From Lingula anatina (taxonomy: Eukaryota > Animalia > Brachiopoda), in assembly GCA_051362555.1 (NCBI GenBank), contig CM120640.1, forward strand, positions 59,622,788-59,686,787: a stretch of 64,000 nt of DNA. The letters run 5' to 3'. A program made the translations under genes and the position numbers. The stretch's first letter is position 1, and each line of letters starts with the position of its first letter. Of this stretch, positions 26,701 to 36,995 are shown piece by piece. The notes below the pieces were generated by a model. It ran no database searches and was not told where the DNA came from. It was given only the letters and a program-made list of their open reading frames with translations.

Positions 26701-27404
26701 TGTGTTCACTTGTCATCAGGGAAAATGTTTCTGGAAGCATCTTCAACAAAAGCAGAATCCCCATTTTGAATTATTTTTGAAGAACTAAGCTTGAACTTAA
26801 GATATACAAATCAGGACCCAGTTTCATCAATGCTGGAAGCACTGTCCTATGGATAACACTATCCAATGGATAAAATTATCCCCTGGAAATTTTTTCTGTG
26901 GGTAAAGTCATGTTTTCCAAACATTTAATTCTTATTTTTGTCCCTGATGTTGCTATCCAGTGTTTGAAAATGGTTGCTATCCTTAGGATAACTGTGCATC
27001 GAATAGCAATTTCATTCAATGGATAGTCTAACACAGAGGATAGCACTCTCCAGCATTGATAAAACTTGGTCCAGAATTATATATTTTAGCATTGTTTAAA
27101 ATGTGGGACTTCTTTCATGCCTGTGCACTTTATGACTTGAGGGTTATTGGCTTTTAATTCCAACATGACAAGCATGTAAGCATTTGTTCCGACTCCCAAT
27201 ATGCACAGACTCTGTGTTTTAACATTACTTCAGGGTCACATATCAAAAACCCATCAATAAAAGAACCTCCAATAATGTTCTGGGTTTTTATTTCAGGATG
27301 AAAGCAGACTAAAGACCATTGTTGTCAACGCCACACCTATTGATTATCGGGAATACAACCGTAAACTGATTCAGGATATTGAGAAAATGGCTGGCATGAT
27401 ATAA
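862..27404 (+). CDS. RPA1: Replication protein A 70 kDa subunit, multi-exon, 5' partial
   Basis: Join of 862-946, 1221-1329, 1579-1745, 3421-3474, 4500-4653, 4968-5139, 5396-5588, 6191-6330, 6976-7045, 9472-9618, 10822-10949, 11167-11280, 11671-11778, 25961-26047, 27297-27404. All introns GT-AG, phases consistent, 1836 nt = 611 aa + TAA. Motifs: [72 protein letters not shown], zinc finger CPKVDC...CEKC. Start exon(s) lie upstream of the window. Confidence 0.97.
1221..1329 (+). CDS. RPA1: RPA1 exon
   Basis: tttag|[35 protein letters not shown]|gtaaag. Confidence 0.93.
1579..1745 (+). CDS. RPA1: RPA1 exon
   Basis: tttag|[27 protein letters not shown]...NGAP|gtaac. Confidence 0.9.
1778..2419. 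mobile_element. Tc1/mariner-type MITE with long imperfect TIRs
   Basis: ta|CAGGGTGACCCC at left, GGGTAACCCT at right; inner arms aatttcaagaaattagctggacttcaatat...tttcctaaagt versus actttggggaatg...atattgaagtc...gtccagcaaatttcttgaaatt. Confidence 0.65.
2463..3140 (+). mobile_element. Short degenerate HINE (Helentron-like non-autonomous), same family as 13194-18588
   Basis: 5' palindrome tgtacaaacac..gtgtctatac, gtcgtcg microsatellite, about 1 unit of the 161-bp repeat, 3' subTIR tgtctgtaca plus hairpin cagctttgctg and ccttgt end. Confidence 0.7.
3421..3474 (+). CDS. RPA1: RPA1 small linker exon
   Basis: accag|[17 protein letters not shown]|gtaatg; 54 nt, phase 1-1, Q/P-rich like the adjacent linker. 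Confidence 0.7.
3488..4026. mobile_element. PIF/Harbinger-type MITE
   Basis: TIR gcccctgtttcacaaa / tttgtgaaacgggggc with CAG TSD; a second internal right-end copy near 3922-3945. Confidence 0.7.
4500..4653 (+). CDS. RPA1: RPA1 exon
   Basis: tttag|...[20 protein letters not shown]|gtaggc. Confidence 0.93.
4968..5139 (+). CDS. RPA1: RPA1 exon (DBD-A)
   Basis: [42 protein letters not shown]...VNK|gtagca. Confidence 0.96.
5284..5332. repeat. (GA)n microsatellite
   Basis: direct reading. Confidence 0.95.
5396..5588 (+). CDS. RPA1: RPA1 exon
   Basis: aacag|[26 protein letters not shown]...PNTTV|gtaagc. Confidence 0.95.
5686..6016. mobile_element. Kolobok-type MITE (TTAA target)
   Basis: ttaa|agggataacaactcttca ... 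tgaagagttgttatactt|ttag; related copies at 33527 and 46245. Confidence 0.72.
6191..6330 (+). CDS. RPA1: RPA1 exon (DBD-B)
   Basis: aacag|DVIGVVKSV...[13 protein letters not shown]...LTLWGET|gtaagt. Confidence 0.95.
6976..7045 (+). CDS. RPA1: RPA1 exon
   Basis: ttcag|[23 protein letters not shown]|gtaagt. Confidence 0.95.
7118..9287 (+). mobile_element. HINE (Helentron-like non-autonomous element) with internal 146-bp tandem array
   Basis: subTIRs attgtaccaccagc (7121-7134) / gctggtggtacaat (9238-9251), 5' partial palindrome, 3' hairpin aggcggtatcgcct, CTAGTT end, T-rich insertion site. Confidence 0.85.
8097..9081. repeat. Tandem array, unit about 146 bp, about 6.7 copies
   Basis: tatctccaaaactgg recurs at 8102, 8249, 8395, 8541, 8687, 8833 and degenerately near 8979. 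Confidence 0.95.
9472..9618 (+). CDS. RPA1: RPA1 exon
   Basis: tttag|[28 protein letters not shown]...GGS|gtaaga. Confidence 0.95.
9735..10705 (+). mobile_element. Second, shorter copy of the same HINE family with a nested MITE
   Basis: attgtaccaccag ... gctggtggtacaat, aggcggtatcgcctc hairpin, ctagtt; only a partial repeat unit near 10440-10500. Confidence 0.8.
9887..10111. mobile_element. PIF/Harbinger-type MITE nested in the HINE
   Basis: tag|taccccattcccatagattttagatcgatc ... gatcgatctaaatctctgggaatacaccc|tag; near-identical copies in opposite orientation at 61117-61540. Confidence 0.8.
10822..10949 (+). CDS. RPA1: RPA1 exon (DBD-C)
   Basis: aatag|GATNWKSF...[23 protein letters not shown]|gtatga. 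Confidence 0.95.
11167..11280 (+). CDS. RPA1: RPA1 exon (zinc finger)
   Basis: tgtag|[38 protein letters not shown]|gttag. Confidence 0.95.
11671..11778 (+). CDS. RPA1: RPA1 exon
   Basis: ttaag|[36 protein letters not shown]|gtaact. Confidence 0.95.
13281..13745. repeat. Tandem array, unit about 161 bp, about 3 copies
   Basis: cgataagtgg at 13291, 13452, 13614. Confidence 0.93.
14147..15160. repeat. Tandem array, unit about 337 bp, about 3 copies
   Basis: ttggcattttcaag at 14147, 14484, 14821. Confidence 0.88.
15429..16200. repeat. Tandem array, unit about 161 bp, about 4-5 copies
   Basis: cgataagtg at 15439, 15600, 15761, 15922 plus a degenerate last unit. Confidence 0.93.
17675..17746. 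repeat. (TA)n microsatellite
   Basis: direct reading. Confidence 0.95.
17795..18025 (+). mobile_element. Small HINE/Helentron-like element (third family)
   Basis: subTIR acctctgccaagg / ccttggcagaggt, hairpin gcgctctcagagtgc, CTAGTT end in a T-run. Confidence 0.8.
25961..26047 (+). CDS. RPA1: RPA1 exon
   Basis: tacag|[29 protein letters not shown]|gtaagc. Confidence 0.95.
26815..27071. mobile_element. PIF/Harbinger-type MITE
   Basis: TIR gacccagtttcatcaatgctgga / tccagcattgataaaacttggtc, CAG TSD, internal ggatag/ctatcc motifs. Confidence 0.75.
27297..27404 (+). CDS. RPA1: RPA1 last coding exon
   Basis: ttcag|[35 protein letters not shown](TAA). Confidence 0.95.
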   Translation, partial: DESRLKTIVVNATPIDYREYNRKLIQDIEKMAGMI

Positions 27405-27774
27405 AGATGCATCTTTTGTCTGCGACTTTCTTAAAGCATTTGGGGAAAATGTTTTACCATATTCAGATGGATAGATTTACATGCTGAGTGGAAATAATAG
27501 AAGACAGAAACTCATATTAACTTCTTTTGGATCACTGAATAACAAAAGTGGTAGTGAAATTTGCTGGAAGAGAAATGGCCTTTCTGTCTAATGTTTAAAG
27601 GACAGCTGCCTGATGAAATGCAAGGTGTAATTTAAAAGGAGTGATAGTTTTTTCACATTAAGAGTTTAAGATGAGATATAATTGATTTTTTCCTGTTGAG
27701 TAGAGATGTTGCCCACTTATTATTTGTTAAAGTAAAAGCATCCACTATATACTTTGAGTATAAACAAAATCGCT

Positions 27775-27780
27775 AATAAA
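27775..27780 (+). promoter_or_regulatory. Candidate RPA1 polyadenylation signal
   Basis: AATAAA about 370 nt after the stop, followed by T/GT-rich sequence; coincides with the switch from CpG-poor to CpG-normal DNA. Confidence 0.5.
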
Positions 27781-30689
27781 GATGTGAAAGAATTTTTACA
27801 GGTTTTTCGGTAGTAAATATTGTTTCTTACTCGCAAGTTGTTACTGAAGCGAATCGTTCACAAACGGCTTACCTGTAATATATTATGTAATAAAACATCA
27901 ATTAAAGATGACAATGACATAACCGATTCCTAAATTTGTTTCAAAACTATTGTTTAAATAAAATAAGCACTCATAACTACTACAAGATGGTGCTTTTCAT
28001 TATGTAGAATAATTTTTTGACCTGCTACTGTAAACGTTACTTCTGCAAACGCTGCGCCAGCAATTAAGGCCGACAGAATAGCAATTGCTAGAGATTAAAA
28101 AACCCTAGCAAATTAAAAAGATTCACTCCCAGGAAGCGCTTTCTACAGGTCAAAAATGGTTTATATCTCGCGCTCAGTCTTGACTTTTATCGTGTGTTAC
28201 TATGTTGGGAAAGTTTCTTTATAATCAAAAGGCAAAGCAAAAGTTACCTTAATTTGAAATCAGAATTTCGAGCATGATGTCCATAATCTATGAGCCGCGT
28301 GTTCGTTTTACGTATTAGACACTGTGGATTAGGAACGAAGAAAAGTTGAATACTTCCACCTGAAACAAGGTCGGAATAACCGCTGGCGTTTGATATGTTT
28401 CTATTTTAGTGTATTCTGCACAAACAATATTTCAATGCAAAAATCTTAAACCCAGAAAAGGTTTTGGGGAAAATCACATGTTTGAGCGGATATCAAGCAG
28501 GAATTTAGATAGACACGTTCAATGTACAGACGTGATTTTCACAATTTCCATTTTCAATGACTTCATGATCCGTTTTTAATGTATTTATTGTGTAAGATGG
28601 CAGGCAATGGCTTTCATTCCATTAATATCTACTTTACTGGTCTTGTCGTTGTTTTGAGTTATGATTATTATTAAATGCATTAAGAAAGCGCTCTCCATCA
28701 TTTTTGAACGCGAATGGATTTAAAGCTTATGTATGGGAAATATTTCTCTTTGAGCTTCTAAACCGGTTCTATCTTGGCAATTACTCGGAAGCCGTGCGCG
28801 TTTGACTGCTATTGAAGGGTAGGTCGTAGGCTGTGAAAAATGCTAAGGGCGGGGGCAGTTTCTGGTGGCCTACATGTCCCGCTAAAATATGCAAACATGG
28901 GTACCTCAAAGATGTGGATTCTACTGATAACTTCAAACGAAATAACACCGATCGAATTTATATTTCAGAAGATATACTGGAATGATTTTTTTTTTTGGAA
29001 GTTAAAAAAAAAGATTTGAGAGATATAGCTTAGAACGCACAATTTTGTCGACGACAATTCTTTCAGTGTGGAACCGGTAGTTTGCACGACTGCATATTTA
29101 GCTAACGTAACATTAGAATTATTCGTATCGTCGTTTTTTACTGATCCATTGCAATAATCTCTAGATTTCTATTATTTAAACATGATTTGAAATAATACAT
29201 TGCTGAAAAAAGAACGAAAACTGCTGCCATTCATTTTTGCTGCTCAGACGCAACTATTTTGGCAAGATTGTTTTTACCGCCTGTGGTCCTCTAAAGGACA
29301 CTGACCGAAGGAAAAGTGAGAAACTTCTGATCGACTGGCAGAAGAGAAAACCCTACCCGTTAATAGAAATGCCCAAGAACAAATCCTCAAATATCTGAGA
29401 CCATCTCGGGGGTAGGACAACCCAAGCAGTCTACGGCTTTGTATTTAATATAGACATGTATAATTCCGATCTTTCTTGGAAAAAAAATCCAGTGCAGAAA
29501 AAAACATTTCTTAACTACACAATGGCCATGACTTGGAATTCTTGTTTGAATTTATAACATAAAAATCTGCTGGGAAAGAATATCATAACTTACTGTATGT
29601 TAGCCTACATCCAATGTACAGTGATTGCATGAGATTAACTGTTCCACTGATTTTATTTCGGACATATTGATCCATTTTGTTTAAGAGCTTTCCATACATG
29701 TTTGCTGTTATCGTGCATTATGACATTTCATAATTGGCTATGTTTACTCCAGGCAAACTAGTAATTTCTTATTCCTTTATGAGCCTTTAACCTTCCGTCG
29801 ACTCCAAGGCATTGTTTATTAGTAGGGTCAGAAAACCAAAGCGTCGGCGTGGGTTTTGCGGTATTTTGAAACCTTAATTACACTTGGATGTATATAATTG
29901 AGAAAAGGAAATTGGAGACCATTTTTTCTGACGGAGGAGTGTTGACTCTCCTTCAGCAGCGACAGCCTAAGCTAAAGCGGCCTAGACTATCGATTCAATA
30001 CCGTTGTAATACCTCCTAGCTAAAGATGCAATCAAAAATCGGGATTCCCACCAATGGCAGGGCAATGATCAATCTATTTGAGATCTCTGTTCAACGAGTA
30101 TAATTTTGCTGGGATTATTACTAAGAAATCTTCTATTATCCTCAAAGATTAAATGATCAATAAGCGCTAGTACACAAATAAAAGTGAGATTTATTTGTGC
30201 CAGAACGAGCAGGCGAGGAGAATATTGCCCAGCAGACTACACAGAATACATGCGGCAGCAAACGAGTTCCGAGTAGGGGTCGAAGATGAAAGGCGACCAC
30301 GGAAGCGAAGCTATTGTGTTGGAATAGGGTTTCACACCTTGAAACCGAATATTTCAATTTCTTCGAAAGATTGGAATAAATCCGCTTTGAGTTATGAGAT
30401 CAAACATTCCATCATAGCAAGGCGTAGCTCAGTTCAAAGACAGAACAGGACAGTTTACGCGTTCATTGGACCACGAAAGCTGTTTTATCTGCTTTTGTGT
30501 TGTAAAAGCACTCATCTACAACATTTTAGAATAATGCCTCCGGTGAACTTGTGTAGAGATTTGACTAAAATCTAATCTGCATATTGAACTTTTCAAGAGA
30601 CTTCTAGCCTCCCTTAAATCACTTTTTGCGTGGATTCAAGTTAGAAGAACGTTGATTTGGAATTTTCCTACAGAGTAAAAATCTACAGA

Positions 30690-32201
30690 ATGAAGGGGAC
30701 GTGTATGTCAACGCGGTTTGTTCCCGAAATTATTTTTTTCATGTATAAAATGGGCGAATCTATGCTGGAACCCACAGTAAAACTGTACATGTACCAAGGG
30801 CTGTGTCTGGACGAGTTTCCAAATAGCACCATCTGTCGCGCTCTCCAACGTCACCCGGCAGAGGAAGATTACATCCAAGCTAAATCGGCGAACTATTTGA
30901 TGTACTACAAAATATTGTTAAACCTACCGGCAATATTTTTGGGCTTATTTTGCGGAGCCTGGAGCGATCGCATAGGGCGAAAAATACCGATTATGCTCCC
31001 GTGTATCGGAAGTACCTTGGCCGTTTGTCTCTACATCCTGAGTGACGAGAATGAGAACTCTGTGGCTTACATCCTCTGCGGTACAACAGTGAATGGCATA
31101 TTTGGGAAGAGCGCCATTATAACAATGGCAGTGCACAGCTACGTTACCGATGTCAGTGACTCTGAAGCGCGAACCCGACGTTTGGGCGGTCTTCTAGCAA
31201 TGAATTTCTTTGGTCTTTTTGCTGGATCTTTGACTGCTGGGTTTATGTTAGGTATGTTCAGTTTTGACGTGGTGTTTTGCTGTGTGGCGGTCATCAACGC
31301 TTTGGTAGTCCTGATGACAGTGTTTTGCCTCAAGGAGAGCGTAGAGGACTCTGTTATTGAGTCTGCTCTGGCAGCGTCACCTTTCAAACTTTCGCATATA
31401 ACAGAGTCGTTATCTGTAATGTGTAAGCCTAGGGAAGGTAACAAGCGATGCCACCTAATTTTGTTCTTTATAACCATTGTGGTAAATCAAGCTTGCAAAG
31501 CCGGGGAAGTGGACATAACTTTATTATTTGTTAAACATAGGCCGTTTCACTGGACCAAGGCTCAATATGGGTACCTATTGGCTCTGGACTACGCATCTCT
31601 TGGCCTCTTCTTGATGGTTATTCTGCCAATTTTGTCAGGTGTGCTAGGAATGAAAGACTTGACATTAGTGAAAATAGCTTTGACTTTCAAAGTTTGCCGA
31701 TTGGTTTTCATGGCATTCAATACTGAAACTTGGTTAATCTACGTGTCAGTCGTCATAGCCTCAGTAAGCGGTATGATCGTTTCTGGGTTGAAGTCACAGA
31801 TGAGTAAAGCGGTGAATCACGAGGACGTTGGGAAAGCGTTTTCGATTCTCAGCGTCGGCGAAACAACGGCAAATCTTGTTGGTGCTATAGTATTTACCAA
31901 CTTCTACGCCGCTACCGTAGATATTTTCGCTGGTTTCACTTTCTGTTTCGAGGCAACTATTCATTTGGTTCTCCTGGCTTTGATCTTTTGGCTGGCGCGG
32001 GATTTGAACCATGACGAGCAAGCATCGCCCGTTTTAGGAAAGTATGGCGCTCTTGTGTCACCAGAATCTTATGATAAGTTCCCTATGGGTCTGGATGTCA
32101 TCGAAGAAGTTTCCTCGCCATCTTCCAGCTCTGAAACCAGCAACGCTCTTCCTCTTCAAGATGACCTCTGTGACACAAGCGATGGAGAGATGGTTGACTG
32201 A
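30690..32201 (+). CDS. SLC46 family (PCFT/SLC46A1-A3-like) MFS transporter, single coding exon
   Basis: Uninterrupted ORF of about 503 aa from the ATG at 30690 (the track start at 30657 is TTG; acceptor-like ttttcctacag ends at 30673). About 12 hydrophobic segments, MFS motif GAWSDRIGRK, luminal Cys pair after TM1, SYVTDVS..EARTRR, PFHWT..QYG, SQMSKAV..EDVGKAFS. Confidence 0.9.
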   Translation: MKGTCMSTRFVPEIIFFMYKMGESMLEPTVKLYMYQGLCLDEFPNSTICRALQRHPAEEDYIQAKSANYLMYYKILLNLPAIFLGLFCGAWSDRIGRKIPIMLPCIGSTLAVCLYILSDENENSVAYILCGTTVNGIFGKSAIITMAVHSYVTDVSDSEARTRRLGGLLAMNFFGLFAGSLTAGFMLGMFSFDVVFCCVAVINALVVLMTVFCLKESVEDSVIESALAASPFKLSHITESLSVMCKPREGNKRCHLILFFITIVVNQACKAGEVDITLLFVKHRPFHWTKAQYGYLLALDYASLGLFLMVILPILSGVLGMKDLTLVKIALTFKVCRLVFMAFNTETWLIYVSVVIASVSGMIVSGLKSQMSKAVNHEDVGKAFSILSVGETTANLVGAIVFTNFYAATVDIFAGFTFCFEATIHLVLLALIFWLARDLNHDEQASPVLGKYGALVSPESYDKFPMGLDVIEEVSSPSSSSETSNALPLQDDLCDTSDGEMVD

Positions 32202-33526
32202 TTAACGAAAGATCTATATTTTGAAATATTTCTTCGTTTAATCGATTATTTAAATTTTAGATATTGTACTTATCTTGTAGTAGATGATTTGACAATTTGA
32301 ATTTTCAATGTTTTTATCCCTACGCATTTGGCATAAATTTTGAAGCAAAAAGCGGGGAGGGGCATGTTGGCATGAAGAGCTACATTTTCAGGAAAAAAAG
32401 GAAAAAATTGCATCCACACAAACATTTTTAGACATTATATTTTAGAAATACTATTAAATTCCTTTTAAGACAACTTTTATGCTCACTCCTATAAGTTTCC
32501 ACTTTGCATAGTAATGTAATTTTTGAAAATGCCCATTATATTATTATTCATATTTAAAAGAAGATGTGTCGATGAGCTGTGCGCGTCAGTTGAACTGCAT
32601 TATGAAAAATATCAAAGTGTGCACCAAAATTTTTGTACCAATTTTTACAAATGCTAAGTCGCAAAGCAAAAACTTATAGGTGACTCCTGAAATGTGTTTT
32701 AGATCTAAATACCTATTCTAAGCTTTGATTAGTTATTTTGATAACGCTAATGAACACATTGGTCAAATGTTGTGTCATTCATTGAAAACAAAAACGTATT
32801 TCATTGATGCAATTTGACGAATGTCAGAAGATCTTGTGAGTCATTCAGACATTTATTTAAAAAATTGACAAGATAAAAAAGGCCGATATATACTTCAATC
32901 CAAGGTGTAAAAATTATAGTCTTAGAATGGTTAAACAACATGGTACTAATAGGAATACAGGTATTACAAAGTATTGTTTGACCAAGCCCAACTTCTCTGT
33001 ATCAGTAAAATATTACGCGAATCCAGCGTTTCATTTGTTTGAATTTCCAGTGAAACTAAAGGTCAATCGATGGAAGACAATGCGCAATTTGCAATGTTAA
33101 TGAAAAGACTTTGAAAGGAAGATGGATCATTTTCGTTCAAAGCTATAAGTTTTAATGCCTTTGAACTAATATATGCGTTGCTGGATTGGCCAAATTGAAA
33201 TGAGATTAAAACATTAGTTTGCCGATCGAAAGCTTTCGTGGAAAGTTTTACTTCTCCCTCATTATATACTATATGTATCAATATCAATATTCACATATTA
33301 AACTGACTGACGGAAACTAACCTCCTTGTTAATTTCATGAAATGAGGTATTTGCAAAAAAGGCATTCCAATATAAATTTCTTGCTTACAGTCGAAACCAA
33401 TGAATCTTACGTCGTAAATACGACATTGACAAAAAAGATATAGCACATTGGAAAGAGAGAACCCATTTTTCCTGCTGCCATTCCTTCTATTTGCTGTCTG
33501 TGTTACATCTCATCACATTAACTTAA

Positions 33527-33877
33527 AGGGATAATAACTCTTCGTTTTGGCCAAAAAAAAAAAAAAAAAGAATTTTCCTGGAGTAAACAACAATTTTCTC
33601 ATATTTACCAATGGTTAATGAATCCATTTTTACATTCAAAGTTAGTCCCTGGTTTTTTGTTAACATCTCTTAAGAGATTATAACTGAGTACAGCCATCTC
33701 TACTTCTATGGTACAGCCATCAATGGAGGTCACGTGATCTGAACACAAGCTCAGATATCAGAATAATAGCTATAACTGCCGTTTTTGTGGTAAAAAAAAT
33801 ATATATTATATTTCTGAGAGTTGTTCACAATGTTTTTATTGTGAAATATGGATATCATACGAAGAGTTATTATCCCT
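33527..33877. mobile_element. Kolobok-type MITE (TTAA TSD)
   Basis: ttaa|agggataataactcttcgt ... acgaagagttattatccct|ttaa, perfect TIR. Confidence 0.8.
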
Positions 33878-34285
33878 TTAAACTCACTACTGCATTTTCT
33901 TGTGCAAACAGACAGGGACGATATGTAGCAAAAGACATTCTACCTGGCAATAAGGCAAACGTTGTGCTTCTCATGAGATTTGCATGTTATCAATAAACCT
34001 CTTGGATTTGAATCACTCTACTGTTTTTGCTATGTTCCTATTACCAATTTACTACCATTAACCTTGTTTACATGTCCCTCTGGTAAACCCTACGCTACCG
34101 ACGCTTGGGAGATGACAAGACCTGGACTAACAGGGTCACGTGTGTTCATGTACTTAATTAAGATTTGTCAATATTTTTTGAATAATGAATTATCAAGATG
34201 GTAAAACACTCTTGGTATTATATCCGTAACAGCAGCGTATTTGGTAAAAGTGCACCTGCTTTAAAACCAATGTAGAGTGATTTGC

Positions 34286-34778
34286 TTCAGGTGTGCGGAT
34301 TAAGAGGTGAGCTGAAATAAGTTTTACATGTTTATCTTTAATATATTTTACATGTTTTTTTTATTCTAGGCATTTAAACTGAGGAAAAGTTAAAATAACT
34401 AACCATTTTGCATAACATACAAGGGGTGAAACCTGAATTGTGGGGGTCTAGATTGAATGTATATAGAAAATATAAAAGAAAGAAAAATGCACCGCGGCAC
34501 TATTAATTTTTTTTTCATGACTAGAAACACAATATTTTTTCTTTGGTCGAATGAAGTGTTTTTAAACTTTGCCAATTTCTCAGAAATGCTGAGTAATCGG
34601 CCTTCTTTCGCTCACTTAGCCTCAGTTTCTTTATCTAATACACTGCATGTTTTGACCTCTACCGGGACGGCATCTTTATCAAATGACTGAAATAAAACAC
34701 TAGACAGTTATTGGAAAAATTAAAATTCGATTTTTGGAGAAATCAATTTCGATGTTCGGCACCTTTTAATCCACCAGA
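34286..34778. mobile_element. Degenerate TIR element (possibly Tc1/mariner MITE)
   Basis: ggattaagaggtgagctgaa versus ttcggcaccttttaatcc inverted arms. Confidence 0.4.
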
Positions 34779-36174
34779 TATATAAGTCACACAGCTTATG
34801 CAGTCAACCATATAACGAATGGTTTTTGGTATCTGGCTTTTATTTTAAATACACCTACTTGTGAAAAGAATAATTGTACTTGCTCATTCTAGTCTATATA
34901 CATAAATTGGCCCCCACGAAGTGAACATTTCCGCCGTATTTGACATTTGTCAGTAACATTAATGCAGCTCTCCCACACACCAAGCTTTGCGTGAGCTAAC
35001 TTCTTTTGTCTCTGGAGAATGACGACAAGTTGTAGGAAACTACTGGTGCATCTCCGTTATGCTCAGGGTTTTGCTAATTTCGACGCGAAATTATGATTGG
35101 TTTGACGATAAGTGGAAAAATTTTAACACGCTATTCGTCTTCATGTCTGTCGACTTTTTATTTTTTGGATAGACGAATAGGCCAACTTTGTAAAGGCTGA
35201 CCAAACACACTGATTGCTAAGATGCTCTCACCAGATTTGAATTTCTTGGTCACAACTTTCAACTTCGCGTTTCATCCAATAGTGCCACCAAGTAAAAAAA
35301 TTCAACCACACTTTTCTCCTTTGGGATTCATCTTAATTTTAATTATTGTGTATTAATGAAATGCTTTCCCAGTGCACTACAAACGACGAGCAGTGATGCG
35401 TATTCTAAATGGTAGGTTTTCGTGATTTAATTTTGGTACACAGTCTGGCGTGGGTTAAACAAATTGAATTTCGGATTTCTTACAGTTCAAGTGATCTTCA
35501 CGCCTAAGTTACTAGGTAATACATGAAGGCTATCAGCATGGATATCACTTTGCTTGAAACATGCTTATTATAGTGACTGATTAAAGATTTACACCATGAG
35601 GGGGAGGGAGTTGCAAACATAAGGGGGGGGGGGGGGGTGAGAACAGTTGGCCTGCGCTTTTTTCCTTCCAAGTTTCAACTTACAACCACCTATTTTTGTT
35701 TTTCATTGAGCAATTTCTGCTGCTGAGCTGGATTCAACTTTATAATTTAATAATATAATATGTACAAGAAAAGAGGTGATCCCACAACATATATACATGT
35801 ATGTAGGCCCTATTAGGGGAGACCAGCTAGACGCTGACACTTTTGGCCTTGTAGCCTATAGCCAACTGAGAATAGGTTAGAGCAGCAAAACTTGGTTTTA
35901 GAACGAGTCCCAAGGAATTATCTACGATCTACGGTCATTTATTTGTAAATGCAATCCCACATGACAAAAACACACCTGATGTCAGGTGGGCCAACATGCC
36001 ACATGGTGGGGCAAGTTGGCCCTAGGGTCGGTGGAAGTTGGGACCCTTTTCTTTAATAAGATAGCAATCCATGAAAACGCCATAAATTTATTTTACGTAT
36101 TATATCACATTAATTTATTTATTTAGAGATCTTTGCTTAATTTCTAGTCTATATCAAATATATTGATGCAATTA

Positions 36175-36618
36175 CAGGGCCGTAGCGTCCAGGGGGGCAG
36201 GGGGGGCAGCTGCCCCCCCTGGGATTTGAGGTGCAAAAAAATAATCGCAAAGGTAAAAAAAAATAATTGCAAAGTTGGTATTATTCACGGATTGGCTCTC
36301 TTGCTTGTCCACAGAAGAAGAAACGTTATTCCTGATTCTGAGACAATCTACGAAATGAAGTCCAATTGGCGTGTTGTGTTGAAAAATGACTGTACTTATG
36401 GCAAAATGAACCCACAATTTCTGACTTCTGATTGAGCAATAAATAACAGTTAAAATGCACCAGAATGCATTATTATACATACAGTTTTTTAAAAAATTTC
36501 CACACCGTGAGAGGGGGACACCCCCTCCCACACCCTCCCCCCCCTCGGGCCCTTTGCCCCCTCGTGCGTGCATACTGCCCCCCCCCCCCCCTGGCATTTT
36601 CCTCAGGCTACGGCCCTG
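36175..36618. mobile_element. GC-rich non-autonomous DNA transposon (hAT-like TIR)
   Basis: 12-bp perfect TIR cagggccgtagc / gctacggccctg, gcaatt duplicated at both junctions, G/C-rich subterminal tracts. Confidence 0.75.
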
Positions 36619-36699
36619 CAATTCCCTGATATAATTCCCAGATTGAACCATGGACAAACCACCGACTGTAGTTTCCGAAAACGAGATCATGAATCGGAG

Positions 36700-36810
36700 A
36701 TTGTCAACAGGAAGTGACGACAAACTTGAGCGCAATAGAAGTTTGTACAGTGCATGGAATTAGTAAAGATGCAAAAACGAAACTACTAATATATGCTCTC
36801 AAAATGGCAT
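36700..36810 (+). promoter_or_regulatory. Putative housekeeping-type promoter of the rhodanese gene
   Basis: ETS/CRE-like composite CAGGAAGTGACG at about 36707-36720, YY1-like AAAATGGC overlapping the ATG, locally CpG-retaining. Confidence 0.4.
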
Positions 36811-36995
36811 CGGGTGACAGTGATGGTGCAGCTAAATCTGAGAGCAGCATGTCTATGCCCATGTGGCTGACAGTCAAAAGTTTAAAGGCAAAGTTCCCTC
36901 AAGTCCGAAACTTGAGCACTGACTTGCTCTACCAGTGGCTCAACTGCCCCACAGGAGGTGGAGAAGCGGGCTCAGAGCAGCAAGTGATACTTTTG
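36804..36995 (+). CDS. Rhodanese exon 1
   Basis: aaaATGG..MASGDSDG...KFPQVRNLSTDLLYQWL...VILL|gtaaac. Confidence 0.88.

Noticed and set aside
28014-28157. Short inverted repeat tttttgacctg / caggtcaaaaa
   Set aside because: Only 11 bp, no TSD and no second copy in the window
30195-30575. 126-aa ORF upstream of the SLC46 gene
   Set aside because: GTG start, no recognisable domain or splice linkage; likely chance in CpG-rich DNA
30657-30689. TTG start given by the ORF track for the transporter
   Set aside because: Eukaryotic gene; first ATG is at 30690 and an acceptor-like site ends at 30673
36172-36735. 187-aa minus-strand ORF
   Set aside because: Gly-rich read-through of a GC-rich TIR element, no transposase or other motifs
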